The notes below the pieces were generated by a model. That model worked only from the letters and a program-made list of their open reading frames with translations, was not told where the DNA came from and made no database searches. A stretch of DNA of 64,000 bases from a virus (taxonomy: Duplodnaviria; Caudoviricetes), in the IMG/VR virus record IMGVR_UViG_3300033069_001852; one strand, written 5' to 3'. Below are positions 59,152 to 64,000 of the stretch, piece after piece. The position numbers and the translations under genes are program-made. Each line of letters starts with the position of its first letter. Position 1 is the stretch's first letter.

Positions 59152-60044
59152 AATATTGAAAATTTTGTATCGTCGACGGGCGGGTTGGTAACGACGATTT
59201 TTTTAGTTATGTCCGGAAATTGTTTTTGGAAAGATTCAACTTCTTTGTAAGATGCGGGGTGAATAAAGGCGCCCCACTTATCAATAAAGCGTTTGATTTC
59301 AATCGCGTCATTTTGTTGTCGAACGACTTCCTTGGCTTTGTTTTCTTCAGTCCACCACTCAATCCCACGACTACTGGTACATGAAAAGTGATAGACCATC
59401 GCATCCCAACATTGGATCAGTTCACAACGGTTCAAACATAAACGTAACGCAATATCACTATCCTCGCGGGATTTTTTAAAACTTACATCATGTCCGCCGA
59501 TGTCCAACCAAACGTGCTTATAGAGCGTGAACGGAGCAAAAAAGTAATTGGTTAATTTATTAATGTCCTTTTTCTGTTCGGAGAATTGAAGAAAGTCTTC
59601 ATACTTGAAATCGTTGGGCACGATCCCAAAGTTCCGCACATAATTCACAGGATTATCAAATTGAGCATGAAGAGGTGGTTCCACGCGGGTACTACAAAGA
59701 ATGACATTGTCCGTCAAATGCGTGAGAATTTTTTTGTCATAATCTAAACACACGATCATATCTGACTGGATATAACTGACAATGGGAGTTTTAGCGAATT
59801 TAAACATCCAATTTATATTCCCCGCGTAACCAACCGGATCCCCGTTATTTTTAACGATGGTCAGATTGGGAAATATTTCCTTTTGAGAAGTCAACATCTC
59901 AACGGTTTGTTGATTATCACTATCCACAAATATCAGAAGGTCGTGGAAATTGATATCGATACCATTCAATAACGATTGGAGGAGCAATTCCAAATAGGGC
60001 CGTTCATTCCGGGAGGTATTAATACAAAACGTGATTTTCTCCAT
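59148..60044 (-). CDS. Glycosyltransferase family 2
   Basis: ITFCI, IFVD, IQSDM (DxD-like), IGGHD..F....EDSD...R, VYHF...S. Confidence 0.82.
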   Translation of the reverse strand: MEKITFCINTSRNERPYLELLLQSLLNGIDINFHDLLIFVDSDNQQTVEMLTSQKEIFPNLTIVKNNGDPVGYAGNINWMFKFAKTPIVSYIQSDMIVCLDYDKKILTHLTDNVILCSTRVEPPLHAQFDNPVNYVRNFGIVPNDFKYEDFLQFSEQKKDINKLTNYFFAPFTLYKHVWLDIGGHDVSFKKSREDSDIALRLCLNRCELIQCWDAMVYHFSCTSSRGIEWWTEENKAKEVVRQQNDAIEIKRFIDKWGAFIHPASYKEVESFQKQFPDITKKIVVTNPPVDDTKFSIL

Positions 60045-60047
60045 AGC

Positions 60048-60878
60048 TTATGTAAGATTTTTTACCATCCTTCGAATGCCTTCCTGTAAACCCAATAAAG
60101 GAACTCCCATCTGACGTAACCGTTCTCCGTCTCCAGTATACACCGGATGTTGGGGGGAATAATCATACATAAATTCTATGTCGCGGCTGACATTCATTTC
60201 TTTCTGAATCATGTCGGCGATTTCACCAAGACAGAACTTATCAGTATAGACCATGTTTATATTATCATCCCCTCCAAATTTTAAAAAATGGTCAACCGCC
60301 GCGGCGAGGTCGTCGATGTAAAAGAAATCCATCTTCTTATTGGAATATACTTGAATCGGCAAGCCGGCTTTCAGGCGAAGAACAGACCGCTTTATGAAAC
60401 GATTGACATTTTCATCTTCTCCAAAACAACCAAACAAACGAAAAACACAACCACTATCCAATTCTGATAAAGTTCTCCGGGAGATGATATTTTTGGATAA
60501 CCCGTACAATTCTGTAGGCCATCGATTCCAAATCTCACTTTCGGATATATCTTCAACGGAACGAAACCTATCAAATTCGGCGCCGGAACCTATGATTATA
60601 ACAATTGGGTTTTTGAATCGTGAAGCATCCTTTATGTTATCGAACATTTTCATGTTTTCCACAAAATCGTCATATCTCACGCTATCCGTTCCGCCTACGT
60701 TTGCGGCGTGAATAATGACATTTGGTTCCAGATCATTTATTTGATTGTATGAGGATACAAAATCGGTTAAATCCAGTTCCTGATGGGTAGGTGCGAACAC
60801 TTCATAACCAAAGCTAGTTAATAATCGCTTTAGATTTCTCCCAATAAAACCGCCGCCTCCTGTTATAAGAATCTTCAT
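60048..60878 (-). CDS. NAD-dependent sugar epimerase/reductase (extended SDR)
   Basis: ILITGGGGFIG, IHAANVGG, YGLSK (YxxxK), RLFGCFG. Confidence 0.88.
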   Translation of the reverse strand: MKILITGGGGFIGRNLKRLLTSFGYEVFAPTHQELDLTDFVSSYNQINDLEPNVIIHAANVGGTDSVRYDDFVENMKMFDNIKDASRFKNPIVIIIGSGAEFDRFRSVEDISESEIWNRWPTELYGLSKNIISRRTLSELDSGCVFRLFGCFGEDENVNRFIKRSVLRLKAGLPIQVYSNKKMDFFYIDDLAAAVDHFLKFGGDDNINMVYTDKFCLGEIADMIQKEMNVSRDIEFMYDYSPQHPVYTGDGERLRQMGVPLLGLQEGIRRMVKNLT

Positions 60879-60887
60879 TGTTTTATC

Positions 60888-61064
60888 TTATTTTTCACAA
60901 CGGGTTAACAATTCCGGCTCCGTGAGATATTCTAGTTTCCGGGCCTTTCCTGTCCAGGCTACCTGTTTATGTTTACATTTTTTACAACATCGTGAATGAG
61001 ACACTTGGTAATTGACACAATGACTTAACCAACCTGACATTTTATGTGATGTGTGAGTTTTCAT
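60888..61064 (-). CDS. Small hypothetical Cys-rich protein
   Basis: Fills the operon gap; CCKKC. Confidence 0.3.
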   Translation of the reverse strand: MKTHTSHKMSGWLSHCVNYQVSHSRCCKKCKHKQVAWTGKARKLEYLTEPELLTRCEK

Positions 61065-61065
61065 A

Positions 61066-61593
61066 TCATTTACCGTAATCCGGATTCTCAACCAAAATTG
61101 TACTCAGATCAGTATCATACAACGCATAGCGGTAATACGTAAGAATGTCCTGTGGTTCTTCGAGCCGCAAAATGTTTATGTTCTTACACATGGACCGAAA
61201 CGCGTCGGTGAAATCACCTTTATGTTGGTCTTGGGGGTCAACAGGAATAACACTCCCGACCGCGACCCGAATAATAACTTTGGGTTGGAATTCGCCATTC
61301 GACATCAAAGCTAATTTGTCAAGATGATTGACAATCTGATCGGTTGCGTTGATCATGAAATTCCACCGTGGGTAAACTGATATCGGAATCTTTCCTGTCA
61401 ATGATAGGCCGGTAGAAATTCCCATTTGAAGATTTTCCGCAACGGGCATTTCATATTTCTTTATATCGGGAACATTGACGAAGGAATCGAACATCCCCGT
61501 TCCGGGATATACGACGGCCTGGCCGATGAAGATGGTATCGGGGTGTTCGGCTAACATTTCCATTGCTTTTTTTAGTTGTTCGGAGTAGTTCAT
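61066..61593 (-). CDS. TPP-enzyme E1-beta/transketolase pyrimidine-binding subunit (short form)
   Basis: FIGQ.V, EMPVAEN.QMG...GL, P...F...A.DQIVNH, QH. Confidence 0.85.
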   Translation of the reverse strand: MNYSEQLKKAMEMLAEHPDTIFIGQAVVYPGTGMFDSFVNVPDIKKYEMPVAENLQMGISTGLSLTGKIPISVYPRWNFMINATDQIVNHLDKLALMSNGEFQPKVIIRVAVGSVIPVDPQDQHKGDFTDAFRSMCKNINILRLEEPQDILTYYRYALYDTDLSTILVENPDYGK

Positions 61594-62450
61594 AATTTTT
61601 TGTGGGTTTCCTTGTGGCAACATTCACACAATGTTATTCCTGATATTTTTTTGTTTATATGATAATCCGTAATCAAATCCCTCAACGATAATTTTTCTTT
61701 AAATGTCATGTTTTCAATGTCTACATTTTTAGTTAATTTGTGATAGATATCAGATAATTTTTCAGCATCGTGATGTACTTGTAATTTTTTCGTATTTCCA
61801 CATTCTGTACATTTAAATCCATCCCTGATGAGAATAGGATATTTCCACTCTTTATACAACTTTCTATCAGCATATATTAACTGAATAAGTTTAGAATATC
61901 CGCCCTTCCATCCCGGATGTCGTTTTCCGTAATATACTTTATATTTTCCTGACGCGTATGCGTCTGTTTTTGTTTTAGATATTTTCTTTCTAACCCAATC
62001 TAATTTCCCCACATTATCTACCCCATATTTATCGAAGACAACTTTTTCACGGCTCGCCTTCATCCGTTTAATAGTCTCTGGAGTATGATGTTTACCCTTC
62101 ATACTAGCATACTTCAACTTAATCTCAGGATGGTCGATTAATGTTTGTTTTTTCTTTTCTTGGCCTTTTTCAATCCACTCTTTTTTTGGATGTCTCCATG
62201 GATTATTTTCACTCAAATTTCGGAGTCTTGTTTTTTCTCTATTTCTGGCTCCGTCTTTACTCCATATCCAATTTAGAGATGCTTTTCTTTTTTTCTCAAT
62301 AGTTTCGGGCGAATATACTCCAGTTTTCCCTTTTAACCACGGAATTTGACATGTTTGCTTACAATATTTCCTTTTTCGTCCTGCGATTGTGTCCGGAACT
62401 TCGAATTTATTTTTACATCCATCGCATATTTTTTTTATTTTTGGTTTCAT
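61590..62450 (-). CDS. HNH homing endonuclease with NUMOD3 repeats, inserted between the E1 subunits
   Basis: KGKHHTPET, RDGFKCTECG...LQVHH...GITLCECCHKETH. Confidence 0.85.
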   Translation of the reverse strand: MKPKIKKICDGCKNKFEVPDTIAGRKRKYCKQTCQIPWLKGKTGVYSPETIEKKRKASLNWIWSKDGARNREKTRLRNLSENNPWRHPKKEWIEKGQEKKKQTLIDHPEIKLKYASMKGKHHTPETIKRMKASREKVVFDKYGVDNVGKLDWVRKKISKTKTDAYASGKYKVYYGKRHPGWKGGYSKLIQLIYADRKLYKEWKYPILIRDGFKCTECGNTKKLQVHHDAEKLSDIYHKLTKNVDIENMTFKEKLSLRDLITDYHINKKISGITLCECCHKETHKKL

Positions 62451-62499
62451 ATAGTTTCCAATACCAGTATGTGGTTATCTATAAGTATGATCCAAAAAC

Positions 62500-63150
62500 T
62501 CAAAAAGTTACTCTAATTCCAGCGCCGGCGTGGGGGTACTTGGTATTCTTATATTGATAGATTGTGATCTTATCATCCGGAAATTCAGCCACGCCAATTA
62601 AACCATTTGACTTGGTAGCATAGTGACTTGCGGGATGCAATCTACCCCAGATAGCATAGGTCGGAGTAAGAACTGATAACCCATTGTCTTCAATTACCCA
62701 CGTAATCGGTAAATCATTTACTAGACTAAAACGATGAGCTTCATTCCAGTTACCAGTCGCAGCGGACATATCGCCAACAAAGCACCAGACATGATTTCCC
62801 GTCTTGTTCAATTTTTCTCCCCACGCTAAACCGGCAGCAATAGACGGGATGCCGCCCACGATTGCGCTACTAACCACCTTCTGTTCTTTGAAACATAATG
62901 CGATGGACTTACCTTGTAAAATCCGCTCCTTTAGAATGTCCTTGGGGACGCCTTTCAATAGACATTGATAATGGCTGCGCCAGGTACAACAGACCCAGTC
63001 CCCTTCCTTTACCTTCTCAAAGATCTTGAGCATCTTATCTTCATTATCGCTGTATAAATGGATTGGGGCTCGAATTTGTTTGTTATTGAAACAATTGCCG
63101 ATGTCGGTCTCAAAATCAATCAATTCTTGTGCGGTGATGTTAGTTATCAT
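62500..63150 (-). CDS. TPP-dependent dehydrogenase E1-alpha-like subunit (short form)
   Basis: PIHL, WRSHY..L.KG, SAIVGG, FVGD...G...E...IEDN (TPP-binding motif). Confidence 0.85.
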   Translation of the reverse strand: MITNITAQELIDFETDIGNCFNNKQIRAPIHLYSDNEDKMLKIFEKVKEGDWVCCTWRSHYQCLLKGVPKDILKERILQGKSIALCFKEQKVVSSAIVGGIPSIAAGLAWGEKLNKTGNHVWCFVGDMSAATGNWNEAHRFSLVNDLPITWVIEDNGLSVLTPTYAIWGRLHPASHYATKSNGLIGVAEFPDDKITIYQYKNTKYPHAGAGIRVTF

Positions 63151-63536
63151 ATTTTTTGTTTTAATTGTTCCATATACGACAGAACAAATTCGGCTTCACT
63201 ATCGCAAGCAATTCCATCTGACAAATTTTTGTAGAGTCGGTAGTTCAGGATGGAATATTCGCCGAAATCTTCAAACAACCATTCCATGCCAATATTCGGA
63301 GCCTTGGCTGCGCCTTCTTCGGTGTCATAGATCCTCCGCACAATCGGAAGAATACAACCAGCGAAAAACCCTTCCTGACCAATCTTCTCATCAACTTCCT
63401 TCATGTAATCGTTCTTATTACCAGTCAAAAGATCAACGGCTTTCTGTAAAGAAATAGCACATTTACATTTGTTGAAGTCATCCAATTGATCTAAAAGATG
63501 AGTCTTTTCCCATTTTTCTACTAATATATTTTTCAT
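63147..63536 (-). CDS. Small protein resembling the N-terminus of T4-like major capsid protein
   Basis: LVEKWEKTHLLDQL......CA..L and FAG.ILPIVRRIY. Confidence 0.45.
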   Translation of the reverse strand: MKNILVEKWEKTHLLDQLDDFNKCKCAISLQKAVDLLTGNKNDYMKEVDEKIGQEGFFAGCILPIVRRIYDTEEGAAKAPNIGMEWLFEDFGEYSILNYRLYKNLSDGIACDSEAEFVLSYMEQLKQKI

Positions 63537-63859
63537 ATTAATTTTCTATTCATACACATTGCTTTCCATCGGTAGAAATTGAACAATTTAAGTTTTACCA
63601 TCAACCATAGAAATGTCATTTTTACATTCCACCACAATTCATCTAGCCATTGTCTAAATTTTTTAAAACGAATTCGTTTTGGTAATCCAATGGATTTGGC
63701 TGATTTCTTTGATATTTTTAGAAGGTCGTCTTCAGTTAATGGGATAATATCAGTCCTGTGAGGCACCCAAACATCTTCCACCATATTTTGAAGATTGAAA
63801 CGGAGCTTATAATCATCTTGGCTTCCTGATGGATCTATTTTAAATACTTTTTTTACCAT
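63533..63859 (-). CDS. Hypothetical protein
   Basis: Coupled ORF in the minus-strand operon. Confidence 0.45.
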   Translation of the reverse strand: MVKKVFKIDPSGSQDDYKLRFNLQNMVEDVWVPHRTDIIPLTEDDLLKISKKSAKSIGLPKRIRFKKFRQWLDELWWNVKMTFLWLMVKLKLFNFYRWKAMCMNRKLI

Positions 63860-63999
63860 ATGAAATTTTTCTTGTAATATTCTACTATACTTGGCAGCTC
63901 ATTGTCAAAGGTTGCTTTTGGCGCCCAACCCAATGTTTTAAGCTTGGAATCATCCAAGCTATAACGTACATCTTGCCCGGTTCGGGAATAAGTCAGATC
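63853..63999 (-). CDS. C-terminus of dTDP-glucose 4,6-dehydratase-like SDR (gene continues beyond the window)
   Basis: Own translation: ...SRTGQDVRYSLDDSKLKTLGWAPKATFDNELPSIVEYYKKNFIW*, matching the RmlB R.G.D.RY..D..K...LGW.P pattern. Confidence 0.75.
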   Translation of the reverse strand, partial: DLTYSRTGQDVRYSLDDSKLKTLGWAPKATFDNELPSIVEYYKKNFIW

Positions 64000-64000
64000 G

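Noticed and set aside
61066-63150. Auxiliary pyruvate dehydrogenase for central metabolism
   Set aside because: Both subunits are short, no E2/E3 is present and the context is nucleotide-sugar enzymes.
63878-63907. Minus-strand TTGACA-N18-TAGAAT promoter-like sequence
   Set aside because: It lies within the coding C-terminus of the RmlB-like gene (F-D-N...V-E-Y codons) and is likely coincidental.
1-64000. Alternative genetic code (stop-codon reassignment), as in some large phages
   Set aside because: Core genes are full length in code 11, with dense packing and TAA/TGA/TAG at sensible gene ends.
1-64000. CRISPR array, tRNA or rRNA genes, DGR or retron
   Set aside because: No spaced direct repeats, cloverleaf signatures or reverse transcriptase motifs were seen by eye in the short intergenic gaps; a tRNAscan/Infernal run would be needed to exclude small RNAs fully.

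Overview
A 64-kb segment of a large T4-like (Tevenvirinae-related or jumbo-type) myophage genome, read in the standard genetic code. Tail and baseplate genes: tail fibre, sheath, tube, gp26-like chaperone with a probable +1 frameshift, tape measure, LysM/gp53-like and hub proteins. Replication and nucleotide genes: divergent family-A polymerase, gp32 SSB, UvsX, 5'-3' exonuclease, gp41 helicase, class II RNR and a gp62-like subunit. Other modules: a MoxR/vWA pair, five free-standing homing endonucleases and a minus-strand nucleotide-sugar/glycosyltransferase cluster. The most striking pattern is a set of genes that follow a conserved TATTTATA late-promoter-like box and encode proteins starting with an M-x-K/R-L-x-x-L/I-L-x-E leader, resembling T4 capsid-targeting and prohead-protease signals. 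They include four tandem ADP-ribosyltransferase-fold paralogues, a P-loop kinase, a cysteine hydrolase, a Mom-like acetyltransferase, an amidoligase and a nuclease-like protein; a nucleotidyltransferase+GNAT polyprotein carries similar Glu sites internally. Together they suggest a virion-packaged, co-injected set of macromolecule-modifying enzymes. The window also holds five Mom/DUF4338-type DNA-modification domains. All family calls come from motif recognition by eye; no database searches were run.
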